Positions 1-8,358 of a stretch of DNA of 64,000 nucleotides are shown in pieces. How positions within the stretch are numbered: the first letter of the stretch is position 1; each line of letters starts with the position of its first letter. Location: assembly GCA_965226495.1 (NCBI GenBank), contig OZ245365.1, forward strand, positions 1,792,001 through 1,856,000, given 5' to 3'. Source of the DNA: Candidatus Marinacidobacterales bacterium. Its GTDB lineage: Bacteria; Acidobacteriota; Vicinamibacteria; Marinacidobacterales; DATDRI01. The position numbers and the translations under genes are program-made. The notes beneath the pieces were generated by a model, which was given only the letters and a program-made list of their open reading frames with translations, had not been told where the DNA came from and did no database searches.

Positions 1-1
1 C

Positions 2-1849
2 GAGCGTGTCGACGCGCAGCTCGACGGGTTCTTTGACCCGGTAACGCGGCAGCTCTTCTATCTTCGACAGTGGAGCGAGGCGGGCTTGCTCGACCTCGAC
101 GACCCCGCGGCGATCGATGAGCTCCTGAAACCAACGATGCGGCAGTATCCCTGGGTCACTTCGGCTATGGTCGCCAACGATGCCGGTCGCGAGAACATGC
201 TCCTCCGTACCGATGATCGTTGGGCCGGCCGGCAAATCCGCGTCGGCCCATCGGGTGGACAGGCCCGGTGGCGCCGGTGGGCCGACGATACGGAACCCAC
301 GTTCTCAGAGGAGCTCCTCGATTACGATCCTCGCGAGAGGCCCTGGTTCCTGGGCGCGGCCAGTCAGCGCGACAACATCTATTGGACCGAGCCTTACACT
401 TTCTTCACCACCAAGGAACCCGGCATCACCGCCTCGCTGGCCTTCCAGCAGGGAGAGGGCGAGCTTCGTGTTGTGGCTTTCGACGTCTTACTTGCTGACA
501 TCTCGCGCTTCACGACTAAGATTGACGTGCTGACAGGGGGACGCGCCTTCGTGTTGAGCGAAGATGGTCGACTCATCGGGCTACCCGGCGGCGGGCGTTA
601 TGACGATCCCGAGGATTTCGAAGAGGATCTGCTCAAGAGGCCGGCCGAGCTTGATACACCGGTCGCGCGAGATCTATCGGCGGCTCTGCTCGGGTTGGAC
701 TCCCCGAAGGATGAAGCAGTACGGGTTGTTAGTGATGGTGAAGCATGGTGGGGTCAGGTTCACCCCTTCGAGCTTGGTGGCGGACGACAGGTGCTCATCG
801 GTGTCGCGGTGCCGGAGTCGGATTTGGTCGGTGAAGTGCAGAAACAGCGGGTTGGCATCGTGGCTATTACCCTCCTTATGCTTGTCCTCGGCATTGCTCG
901 AGCGGTCGTGCTGGCGAACCGTTACAGCCAACCTATCGAAGAACTGGTCCGCGAAAGCGAGCGCATGAGTGGGGGTGACCTCGAGCCCGGTGAGCCGATT
1001 GTTACTCCGGTTCGTGAGGTCCATCGGTTGGCCCAATCGCACGAAACGATGCGCAAGGGACTCCAGACCTTGCTCAAGATCGAACACGACTTGAGGCTGG
1101 CTCGGCGCATCCAGCAAAACACCTTCCCGACGACTCTTCCGCTGCTGCCGGGTTTCGACCTCGACGCATGGAGCGAGCCGGCCGACGAGACCGGAGGCGA
1201 CACCTACGACATCATCGGAATGGGCGGTGCTGCACTGAGCGATCAAATTCTCCTGTCCGAGGGAGAAGCGAGTCGAGCGGTGCTGCTCCTCGCCGACGCG
1301 ACCGGCCATGGTATCGGTCCCGCGCTCTCTGTGACGCAAGTGCGGGCGATGCTGCGCGTCGCGGTGCGAATGTCCCGCGACCTTGTGGAGATCGCAAAAC
1401 TCATGAATGAACAATTGTGCCAGGACTTGCCGCCCGGTCGTTTCATTACTTGTTGGCTGGGTGCCCTCGATCCAGACTCCAAGATATTGACCACCTTTAG
1501 CGCGGGACAAGGGCCACTCGTTCACTACCGAGCGGCGAGCGACGAGTTTAGCGTGACCGAAGCCGACTCGATTCCGCTGGGGCTGATGCCCGCTCTCACT
1601 GGAACGACGCCGGTGAATCTCGAAATGGAGCCCGGCGACATCTACGTGGTTTTCTCGGATGGCATCTATGAATCCACCGACCCCAACGATGAAGAGTTCG
1701 ACGTCGGGCGGACCCTAGAGCTGATTAGAAAACACAAGAACGCCGCTGCCTCGGAGATCATGAAGCACATCCGGGAAGCCGTCGAGGAGTTCACCCAAGG
1801 GGCCCCGCCGGCGGATGACCGTACCGGAATCCTCATTAAGCGGGCCTGA
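2..1849 (+). CDS. Cache-HAMP-PP2C (SpoIIE/RsbU-type) sensor phosphatase, 5' partial
   Basis: Frame is open from the window start (ERVDAQLDGFF...). It has the Cache motif YDPRERPWF..WTEPYTFF, a TM helix, a HAMP region, and PP2C motifs GGDTYD, ADATGHG, FSDGI and DDRT. Confidence 0.9.
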   Translation, partial: ERVDAQLDGFFDPVTRQLFYLRQWSEAGLLDLDDPAAIDELLKPTMRQYPWVTSAMVANDAGRENMLLRTDDRWAGRQIRVGPSGGQARWRRWADDTEPTFSEELLDYDPRERPWFLGAASQRDNIYWTEPYTFFTTKEPGITASLAFQQGEGELRVVAFDVLLADISRFTTKIDVLTGGRAFVLSEDGRLIGLPGGGRYDDPEDFEEDLLKRPAELDTPVARDLSAALLGLDSPKDEAVRVVSDGEAWWGQVHPFELGGGRQVLIGVAVPESDLVGEVQKQRVGIVAITLLMLVLGIARAVVLANRYSQPIEELVRESERMSGGDLEPGEPIVTPVREVHRLAQSHETMRKGLQTLLKIEHDLRLARRIQQNTFPTTLPLLPGFDLDAWSEPADETGGDTYDIIGMGGAALSDQILLSEGEASRAVLLLADATGHGIGPALSVTQVRAMLRVAVRMSRDLVEIAKLMNEQLCQDLPPGRFITCWLGALDPDSKILTTFSAGQGPLVHYRAASDEFSVTEADSIPLGLMPALTGTTPVNLEMEPGDIYVVFSDGIYESTDPNDEEFDVGRTLELIRKHKNAAASEIMKHIREAVEEFTQGAPPADDRTGILIKRA

Positions 1850-1870
1850 CAGTCTGACCGCCCGACTGGA

Positions 1871-2260
1871 ATGATGAGCGAGCCAGATTTGGCGGTCCGC
1901 GTCGAATGCTACGCGGGGCATCGTGGAGAGGAGACGCCGAGGAGGTTCTTCCTCGGTGAGCGTGAGGTGGAGGTGGTGGAGGTCCTCGATCGCTGGCTCG
2001 CTCCCGAACACTCTTACTTCAAGCTGAGGGGAGACGACAGCGCGGTTTACATTCTGCAGCACAACGAAGTGACGGACGCTTGGGAGCTCACGATGTCAGC
2101 GCTGACACATCTCTTACATCTCACTTTCGCCGGAACCGCGACGACGCTACTATCCAGCGCTGACACATCTCTTACATCTCACTTTCGCCGGAACCGCGAC
2201 GACGCTACTATTGACATCGCCTCGCCTCAAGCCAGGCCGGATGATTCTTTAGTTGTTTGA
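1871..2260 (+). CDS. Small conserved hypothetical protein (VECYAG..ETPRRF..VLDRW..YFK type) with an aberrant C-terminal extension
   Basis: Protein-like sequence up to WELTM at about 2095. The remainder is read through a tandem duplication. Confidence 0.65.
   Translation: MMSEPDLAVRVECYAGHRGEETPRRFFLGEREVEVVEVLDRWLAPEHSYFKLRGDDSAVYILQHNEVTDAWELTMSALTHLLHLTFAGTATTLLSSADTSLTSHFRRNRDDATIDIASPQARPDDSLVV
2097..2211. repeat. Perfect 57-bp tandem direct repeat (period 58)
   Basis: cagcgctgacacatctcttacatctcactttcgccggaaccgcgacgacgctactat at 2097-2153 and 2155-2211. Confidence 0.95.
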
Positions 2261-3464
2261 CGCTTTGACAAATCGCGAACTGCTAACCGCCGGGCTGCTC
2301 GTCTGCCTCGCAACGGTGGTTCTCGTGTTGTTGCTGGTCCTGCTCGCGATCGCTTTCCGGAGAATCTACCGCAAAATCGAAGCCTGGCAGGAGAGACGCC
2401 GGCTCTCGCTGAGCATTCAAAAACTGCATCTGCTCGAGCGCGCTCAGCTCACCAACTTCATGTTGCTCGTGGCGCGGGTGATTCGAGCTGTCCTGACGGT
2501 CTTCGTCGTGGATGCCTATCTCTCTTACTTCCTCAGTTATTTCCCGGGGATGGATCCTCTGGCGCGCCCCCTTTTTTTCTACATCGTGGCGCCGATCCCT
2601 GGTTTGTGGACGGCGTTTATCGAGTACCTTCCAAAGCTGATCTATATCCTGGTGGTGGTGGCCATCGCATGGTACGGGCTCCAGTTACTGCATTTCGTTT
2701 TTCGGGCCATCGAGTCAGGCATCATTGTCATCCGCGGCTTCCACACCGATTGGGCTGAAATCACGTACAAGATAGTCCGCGCCGTCGTATTGTTCCTGGT
2801 GTTGATCTCTGTTTTTCCTTACCTTCCGGGTGCCGGAAACGAATTCTTCAGCGGCGTATCCCTTTTCGTGGGAGCTCTCATCACTCTGGGCTCGAGCACC
2901 GCGATTGCCAACATCTTCGCTGGATTAGTGCTTGCCTACTCACGGGCGTTTCGAGACGGCGATTGGGTGGAGATCGGAGCCTCGACCGGCCGCGTGGTCG
3001 AGAAGAACCTCCTAGTGACTCGAATACAAACCGCCAAGAACGAGACGATCACGATCCCGAACGGCGCCGTCTTGCGGGGGGAGGTCAAGAACTTCAGCGA
3101 GCTCTCCGGGTCCGACGGTTTGATACTGCACACCACTGTGAGCATTGGTTACGATGTGGACTGGCGCCGGGTTCACGAGCTCCTTTTGTCAGCCGCGGCC
3201 AAAACAACCCACGTGCTCGACGATCCCAATCCCTTCGTTCGGCAACAGAGTCTCGACGATTTCAGTGTTACCTACGAGCTGAACGCCTACACCAATGACG
3301 CTTCTGTGATGGCTGGAACGTACTCGGAGCTCCACCAGAACGTACTGGATGCCTTTAACCAAGCCAACGTGGAAATCATGTCGCCCCACTACCGCGCCGT
3401 GCGGAGCGGGGACCACGCTGCCATTCCGAAGGCATCGTCGCCGGACTCGCCAGGCACGGCGTAG
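2253..3464 (+). CDS. mscS: Small-conductance mechanosensitive channel (MscS family)
   Basis: N-terminal TM helices; ANIFAG..RAFRDGDWVEIG, TIPNG and IGYDV motifs. Confidence 0.9.
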   Translation: MFDALTNRELLTAGLLVCLATVVLVLLLVLLAIAFRRIYRKIEAWQERRRLSLSIQKLHLLERAQLTNFMLLVARVIRAVLTVFVVDAYLSYFLSYFPGMDPLARPLFFYIVAPIPGLWTAFIEYLPKLIYILVVVAIAWYGLQLLHFVFRAIESGIIVIRGFHTDWAEITYKIVRAVVLFLVLISVFPYLPGAGNEFFSGVSLFVGALITLGSSTAIANIFAGLVLAYSRAFRDGDWVEIGASTGRVVEKNLLVTRIQTAKNETITIPNGAVLRGEVKNFSELSGSDGLILHTTVSIGYDVDWRRVHELLLSAAAKTTHVLDDPNPFVRQQSLDDFSVTYELNAYTNDASVMAGTYSELHQNVLDAFNQANVEIMSPHYRAVRSGDHAAIPKASSPDSPGTA

Positions 3465-3484
3465 GCGGATGGAGGAAAGTCACC

Positions 3485-4306
3485 GTGCATTCTAGTCTAC
3501 CGAACTGGCTTTTCGTTTGCTTCGCGGTTCTATCGGCATGCGGACAACATGAGGAGGTTGAGCCCGAGGCGGACGCGTCCGACGGCGAGGCGTTGCATGA
3601 AGTCCACTGGGGGTACGGGGGGGAGATCGGTCCCGAGCAGTGGGCCGACCTGCGTCCCGAATTCACCCTGTGCGGGGAAGGGACCGAGCAGTCACCGATC
3701 GACCTCGTGGGGGCGAGGGCAGTTGAGGGCACGGCGCTCGTGCGGAAAATCGGTGAAGAGGTACTCACGCTCGAACAACGGGCGCAGGTCTTGGACCTCA
3801 TGGACAACGGTCATACTATCCAGGTCACGAGCGACGCGGCGGTAGCGATCGACCTTGATGACGAGCATTACGACCTCGTCCAATATCATTTTCACGCTCC
3901 GTCAGAACACACCATCGGCGGCGTGCACGCGCCGCTCGAGGTCCACTCGGTCCATAAGTCCGCGGCTGGCAAGCTGGCGGTCCTCGGCGTGCTGGTCGAG
4001 GAGGGGGAGCGCAACCCGGGCTGGGATCCCTTGCTTGTCGCCTTACCGTCGGGCCCAGGCGATGCGCGCCACCTGGAGGTGCCCGATATCGCCATCGACA
4101 AGATCCAACTGGAGCCGGAAAGCTACTATCGTTACCGGGGCTCGCTGACTACGCCGCCCTGCTCCGAAAGCGTGGAGTGGATTGTGGCTGCCGAGAAGCA
4201 CCAAATCTCGCCGGAGCAGATGGCGGCGCTCACTTCTCATCTCCGTGACAACAACCGCCCGGTCCAGGCGCTTGGCAACCGGGAGATTCTCCTCGTGTCG
4301 AACTAG
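3485..4306 (+). CDS. cah: Alpha-class carbonic anhydrase, predicted lipoprotein
   Basis: Lipobox LSAC; HWGY..GPEQW, QSPID, QYHFHAPSEH, EVHSVH, YRGSLTTPPCSE and NNRPVQ. Confidence 0.93.
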   Translation: MHSSLPNWLFVCFAVLSACGQHEEVEPEADASDGEALHEVHWGYGGEIGPEQWADLRPEFTLCGEGTEQSPIDLVGARAVEGTALVRKIGEEVLTLEQRAQVLDLMDNGHTIQVTSDAAVAIDLDDEHYDLVQYHFHAPSEHTIGGVHAPLEVHSVHKSAAGKLAVLGVLVEEGERNPGWDPLLVALPSGPGDARHLEVPDIAIDKIQLEPESYYRYRGSLTTPPCSESVEWIVAAEKHQISPEQMAALTSHLRDNNRPVQALGNREILLVSN

Positions 4307-4318
4307 GAGGAGTCCGCC

Positions 4319-4936
4319 ATGTCAAAAAAGGCTGTGCAAATTATTGTCGGCGCCTTCCTGTCTTCTCTGGCGTACTCGATCGTTCGGTATCACGTCTTCG
4401 AAGCAGTTCCGAGCAAAGACTTCGCGCTCTACGTGTTCAACAAGTGCCTTGGACTCTCCGCCTTCATCCTGCTCACAATCAATTTTGGATTGGGGCCGGC
4501 CAAAGCCCTTGGGGCGGACGTCCCTGACCCGTGGCTTGCGAGCCGGAAGGAGCTCGGAATCTTCAGTTTCATGTTGGTGCTCGCCCATCTGCTTTGTTCG
4601 GTGCTGACCTTCGGATCCGGCGGCTACTACGCCAAGTTCTTCGTGGCAGACGGGAGCCTCAGCGCGATCGGCAGTTGGAGTATGCTGCTGGGCGTTTTGT
4701 CTTTTGTCTGGCTTTGGATCTACAACATCAGCTTCAAGACCCACCAGGAGGGCGATGAGGCCTTCCTGAAACTCATATCGTCCAAGAACTCGCTCATCCT
4801 CGCGGGGCTTTTGAGTGCTGGACACGTGACGGTTATGGGATTCAATGGTTGGATGACTCCCCAGAACTGGGCGGGCGGCATGCCGCCCATCACCTTGGTG
4901 GCGTTCGCCGTTTTTCTCGTGGGGCTTCATTATTAA
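4319..4936 (+). CDS. Ferric reductase-like (STEAP/MsrQ-type) heme b membrane protein
   Basis: Strong RBS aggaggag; about 6 TM helices; WLASRKELG, LAHLL, AGHVT and PP motifs. An extra G at about 4921 probably shifts the true stop to 4955 (..GFIINLRGRR). Confidence 0.6.
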   Translation: MSKKAVQIIVGAFLSSLAYSIVRYHVFEAVPSKDFALYVFNKCLGLSAFILLTINFGLGPAKALGADVPDPWLASRKELGIFSFMLVLAHLLCSVLTFGSGGYYAKFFVADGSLSAIGSWSMLLGVLSFVWLWIYNISFKTHQEGDEAFLKLISSKNSLILAGLLSAGHVTVMGFNGWMTPQNWAGGMPPITLVAFAVFLVGLHY

Positions 4937-5012
4937 CCTGCGCGGCCGTCGCTAGGGGCCCCAGGACCGGACTGGCGGGGAACTCCGCCGGTCTGGGCGC
5001 CTCCGGGCTTGC

Positions 5013-5059
5013 ATAGTCATAAATATAGACTAGTCATATAGTATGACCTATGCTATTCT
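5013..5059 (+). promoter_or_regulatory. Promoter/operator of the TA operon with overlapping TAGTC(A)..GAC(C)TA inverted repeats
   Basis: AT-rich tagtcataaatatagactagtcatatagtatgaccta directly upstream of the antitoxin; tagact-N17-tatgct. Type II TA operons typically autoregulate through such palindromes. Confidence 0.55.
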
Positions 5060-5065
5060 TCAACG

Positions 5066-5290
5066 ATGACAGCAAAAACCATTGGAGCGGCGCAATTTAA
5101 GGAGAAGTGTCTGGCGATTCTCGATGAGGTGGGGCCGGAGGGTATCATCGTGACGAAACACGGAAAGCCCGTGGCGAAACTCATTCCTATCGAGGCGGAT
5201 TCCGCTCACCTCATTGGTAGCCTGAAGGACGAAATCGAGGTCAAGGGAGATATCCTCACCACCGGCGTGCCGTGGAATGCTGAATCTTGA
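5066..5290 (+). CDS. vapB: Phd/YefM family antitoxin
   Basis: 74 aa; AAQFKEKCLAILDEV..IIVTKHGKPVAKLIP; overlaps the downstream PIN gene. Confidence 0.9.
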   Translation: MTAKTIGAAQFKEKCLAILDEVGPEGIIVTKHGKPVAKLIPIEADSAHLIGSLKDEIEVKGDILTTGVPWNAES

Positions 5291-5639
5291 CACTCACGTT
5301 CTAGTTTTCGCCCTCGCCGGAGCGCTAAACCGAAAGGAGCAAACGCTTCTTTCCGAGAATCCCTGGAGCATTTCCGCCATCGTGCTGTGGGAGCTCTCGA
5401 AACTCGTCCAGCTCGGCCGGATTGAGTTGGATCTCGAACAACCTAAGATCGAACGAACTTTGAGGCGTATCCACACTTGGCCCTTAACCTGGGAAGTCTG
5501 TCGTCAAAGCTGCCATTTGGATATCAGCAGCGACCCTGCCGACGAGATTATCGCGGCGACGAGTATTGTTGAGAACATTCCCCTGGTGACACGTGACCGC
5601 GCACTTCGAACGTCGCAGATGATTCCGTTTCCCGCGTGA
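5277..5639 (+). CDS. vapC: PIN-domain VapC toxin
   Basis: LDTH, SAIVLWE, DPADEIIAAT and LVTRD acidic PIN motifs. Confidence 0.9.
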   Translation: MLNLDTHVLVFALAGALNRKEQTLLSENPWSISAIVLWELSKLVQLGRIELDLEQPKIERTLRRIHTWPLTWEVCRQSCHLDISSDPADEIIAATSIVENIPLVTRDRALRTSQMIPFPA

Positions 5640-5683
5640 GAATTCGCCGTCAGCGAACCTCGTCCGGGCGTAAGTTTGTCAGA

Positions 5684-5757
5684 CCCTCACCCGGCGTCTG
5701 GCCACCGTTCTGACGGCACTACGTGTCCTGACGCCACCCTCTCCCAGAGGGAGAGGG
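5684..5757 (+). repeat. REP-like palindromic element (CCCTCACCC...CCCTCTCCC-N3-GGGAGAGGG) between convergent genes
   Basis: ccctcaccc, inner ggcgtc..gacgcc stem, hairpin ccctctccc aga gggagaggg at 5737-5757. Confidence 0.75.
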
Positions 5758-5784
5758 AATAAAGGAAGCCATCATTGCCTTGCG

Positions 5785-6231
5785 TTAGTAGGAGCTCCAG
5801 ACCTTTCCCGTGGAATCGGTGTGGGTGCAATTCACCTGGACCGAGCCCCAATGGGCGGGAACTGACGGATTGTTGAAGTAGATCCAGCCTCCTTCATCGT
5901 CGATATCGGAGGGATCCTTGCCGAGCAACACACGGTTCGTGAAGCCGTGCTTCCTTGGAATCCTCGCCTCAGGGATCTCTTCTAGGTATTTGTGGTCAAG
6001 AGTAAGGGACTCGAGGTCCGGTGGATAGGATCCGACTTCGTCGTGATACTCATAGATGGCGCTTCGGAGGTCATTCAAGCCTTCCTCCGTCGAAACCTCC
6101 ATGTTTCGCGCCATGATCAGAAAGTAAGCGCCAACGGCTGCGAGTACGGCCACGACGAATACAATAAGAAGCAGTTGCGGCTGGGGGATTCCGAAACCTC
6201 TTTCATCTCGAAGGACGCTCCTCTGCTTCAT
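5785..6231 (-). CDS. Type II secretion / type IV pilin-like (GspG-like) protein
   Basis: Basic leader, RGF, hydrophobic helix, LRSAIYEY..GSYPPDLESL..YLEEIP, C-terminal GGWIY..VNCTHTDSTGKVWSSY. Confidence 0.7.
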   Translation of the reverse strand: MKQRSVLRDERGFGIPQPQLLLIVFVVAVLAAVGAYFLIMARNMEVSTEEGLNDLRSAIYEYHDEVGSYPPDLESLTLDHKYLEEIPEARIPRKHGFTNRVLLGKDPSDIDDEGGWIYFNNPSVPAHWGSVQVNCTHTDSTGKVWSSY

Positions 6232-6957
6232 CTAGATGCCCACAAGATTGGGATGAATCTTCCGGCAATCCCTCTCGTGTGCCCAGACATCGAGGGGTAG
6301 GGCGACGATCTCGTCGATATCCGGAATCGCTTCTGCATCCTTGCCACGGTCGACGGTATGGATGTAGGTCTTGCAGGATTCGCAAACCTGAACCCGGATG
6401 TGAGTAATCTCCTCGGCGGAGTAATAAGCGAGCTTCTTATCGTCGGCAACGCCGCAGCTTGAGCAAGTGCCGCGAGGAAAAGGCCATTCCGCGAGGCACA
6501 GCGAACACCATAAAGAGAGTTCCGAGCCATGGCCTTCGGGTCTCAGGCACGCAACCTGTGGGGGATGTCCACACCGCGGGCATGACCGCGCTCCCTCAGT
6601 CGTAGTAGAAGGCGCGCTCGCTACCAAACGGGGCTGCAGAAGCACGCGTGCGAAAAAACTGCGGGGGGATCTCACGTCGCGGCGGTCGAGATAGTCTTGC
6701 ATGGTTTTCGCGCCGCTGGTCCGGTCCAATGTCCTGGCTTCTTCTTCGAGTAGCGGTGGGCCGCTCCGCCGAACCAATTCAACCAAGGCGTCCAGCGAAT
6801 CTGCTGGAGACTCTGGGTTGACGGTCTGCTGGAAATCACAGAGGTGGGCCACGAACTCGAGGGCGTCCCGTGAAGCAGGGTACCGGGCGGCTAGTAGGCG
6901 CGCTCTCTTCGCGCGCTCGGAGAAATCGGTCAGCGCTTCGAGATCTCCCGATACCAC
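6232..6957 (-). CDS. fdhE: Formate dehydrogenase accessory protein FdhE
   Basis: CPRCG, CSLC, CSSCG and CESCKTY Cys pairs; DEIVALPLD; position after the gamma subunit. Start (GTG 6957) is uncertain. Confidence 0.9.
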   Translation of the reverse strand: MVSGDLEALTDFSERAKRARLLAARYPASRDALEFVAHLCDFQQTVNPESPADSLDALVELVRRSGPPLLEEEARTLDRTSGAKTMQDYLDRRDVRSPRSFFARVLLQPRLVASAPSTTTEGARSCPRCGHPPQVACLRPEGHGSELSLWCSLCLAEWPFPRGTCSSCGVADDKKLAYYSAEEITHIRVQVCESCKTYIHTVDRGKDAEAIPDIDEIVALPLDVWAHERDCRKIHPNLVGI

Positions 6958-7556
6958 TTGGGGTGATGGGAAGCGGCCCAGCCGGGTCGCACCCAGCCTT
7001 GAATCATGCCGCGAAACGCTTCCGGCACGGCGGCAGTCGCCATGTAGATGTGAACGATGATGCCGCCGATCGAGATGACGGCAGTGGCAGGATGAATGAG
7101 TATAGCCGCGAGCCTGAGCGATCGAGACGTTTGTTCTGGAAACCAAAGTACGAGGCCGCTGGCGAGTAGGAAAACGGCGGCGACCGTCTGCACCCAAAAG
7201 AGCATCTTTTGGCCTGCGTTGAATCGGCCAGGCTCTGGCAGGTCCGTTTCATCATGCTCGATGTATTGGCGCATTTTCTTGAGCCAAACCTTGTCGTCGC
7301 CATCGAGCCTCATCTGGCGTGACCAATTAACGAACATCGTGCCGAGAGCGGTGACGAAAAGAACGCCCGCCCACGGGTGGCCCCAGCGTACTGTTTCTCC
7401 ACCGCCAAGCACGAGCGCTATCCAATAAAGGTGAGGGGTCCAAAGCGCGAGTCCAGTTAGGGCGAGGTAGAGGAAGCTCAAGGCTGTGGTCCAGTGCGCG
7501 ACCCTCTCGCCTAGCGAGAAACGTGGAATTCTGACGTCACTCTGAGGAGGGCTCAT
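6930..7556 (-). CDS. fdnI: Formate dehydrogenase gamma subunit (cytochrome b556)
   Basis: ERVAHW, HPWAG, GRFNAGQK, IIVHIYMA and HHPKW; ATGA overlap with the beta-subunit stop. Confidence 0.93.
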   Translation of the reverse strand: MSPPQSDVRIPRFSLGERVAHWTTALSFLYLALTGLALWTPHLYWIALVLGGGETVRWGHPWAGVLFVTALGTMFVNWSRQMRLDGDDKVWLKKMRQYIEHDETDLPEPGRFNAGQKMLFWVQTVAAVFLLASGLVLWFPEQTSRSLRLAAILIHPATAVISIGGIIVHIYMATAAVPEAFRGMIQGWVRPGWAASHHPKWYREISKR

Positions 7557-8353
7557 CGTTGTAAGTCTTCGGGGTAGGTCCTCGGTCCGAAACGTAAGTA
7601 ATGAAGGAACGTGCCCAAGATGGCGCCAATGAAGACAAGGCTGCCAATCAATTTCACCGGCCCTTTCCATAACCTCACGGTCAACGGGATCGTTGGGTCC
7701 TTGGGCAGGCCATATCGCTCCGGCTGCGTGGCATCTTTCAGAACGTACAAAACGTGCGTTCCGCCGACACCGGCGGGGTTGTAGACGCCGGCGTTCTCGG
7801 CACCATCCGCTTTCAGCTCTTCGGCTCGCGTCGCCGCGATCTGTACCAGATCTTCGCGAGTACCGAAGGTGAGGCAGTTGGTCGGGCAGACCTTGATACA
7901 GGCGGGTTCGAGGCCGACCGCGGTGCGGTCCGAGCACAACGTGCATTTATAGACCTTCTTCGTGATCGGACTGAGGCGAGGAACATCGAAGGGGCAGCCG
8001 GTGATGCAATAGCCGCAACCGATGCACTTGTCGTGGTCGAAGTCGACGATGCCGTTCTCGAGTCGGAAGATGGCTCCCGGCGCGGGGCAAGCCTCGAGGC
8101 AGCCGGGCTCGACGCAGTGCATGCACTGATATTTCGCCATCAACCAATTGAGCCCACCGTCGTCGTCGGTCTCGAACTCGTTGAACTTGATCACGTTCCA
8201 GAAGTCATACTGGAGGTCGGGCAGGGTCTGGTAGGTGCCGTCGAACGTGCCCATGGCGAAGCCGTTGTCGTTCCACTCCTGACACGCCGCTTCACAAGCC
8301 TTGCAGCCGATACACGTCGTGGTGTCGATCAGTTTTGCAACGGTGTGCGCCAT
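7553..8353 (-). CDS. fdnH: Formate dehydrogenase beta (Fe-S) subunit
   Basis: CIGCKAC, CMHC..PGC..ACP, CIGCGYCITGCPF and KCTLCSDR..PAC..CP; C-terminal TM anchor. Confidence 0.95.
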   Translation of the reverse strand: MAHTVAKLIDTTTCIGCKACEAACQEWNDNGFAMGTFDGTYQTLPDLQYDFWNVIKFNEFETDDDGGLNWLMAKYQCMHCVEPGCLEACPAPGAIFRLENGIVDFDHDKCIGCGYCITGCPFDVPRLSPITKKVYKCTLCSDRTAVGLEPACIKVCPTNCLTFGTREDLVQIAATRAEELKADGAENAGVYNPAGVGGTHVLYVLKDATQPERYGLPKDPTIPLTVRLWKGPVKLIGSLVFIGAILGTFLHYLRFGPRTYPEDLQR

Positions 8354-8358
8354 TCTCT

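Noticed and set aside
2097-2211. CRISPR array
   Set aside because: There are only two adjacent 57-bp units with no spacer, and no cas genes.
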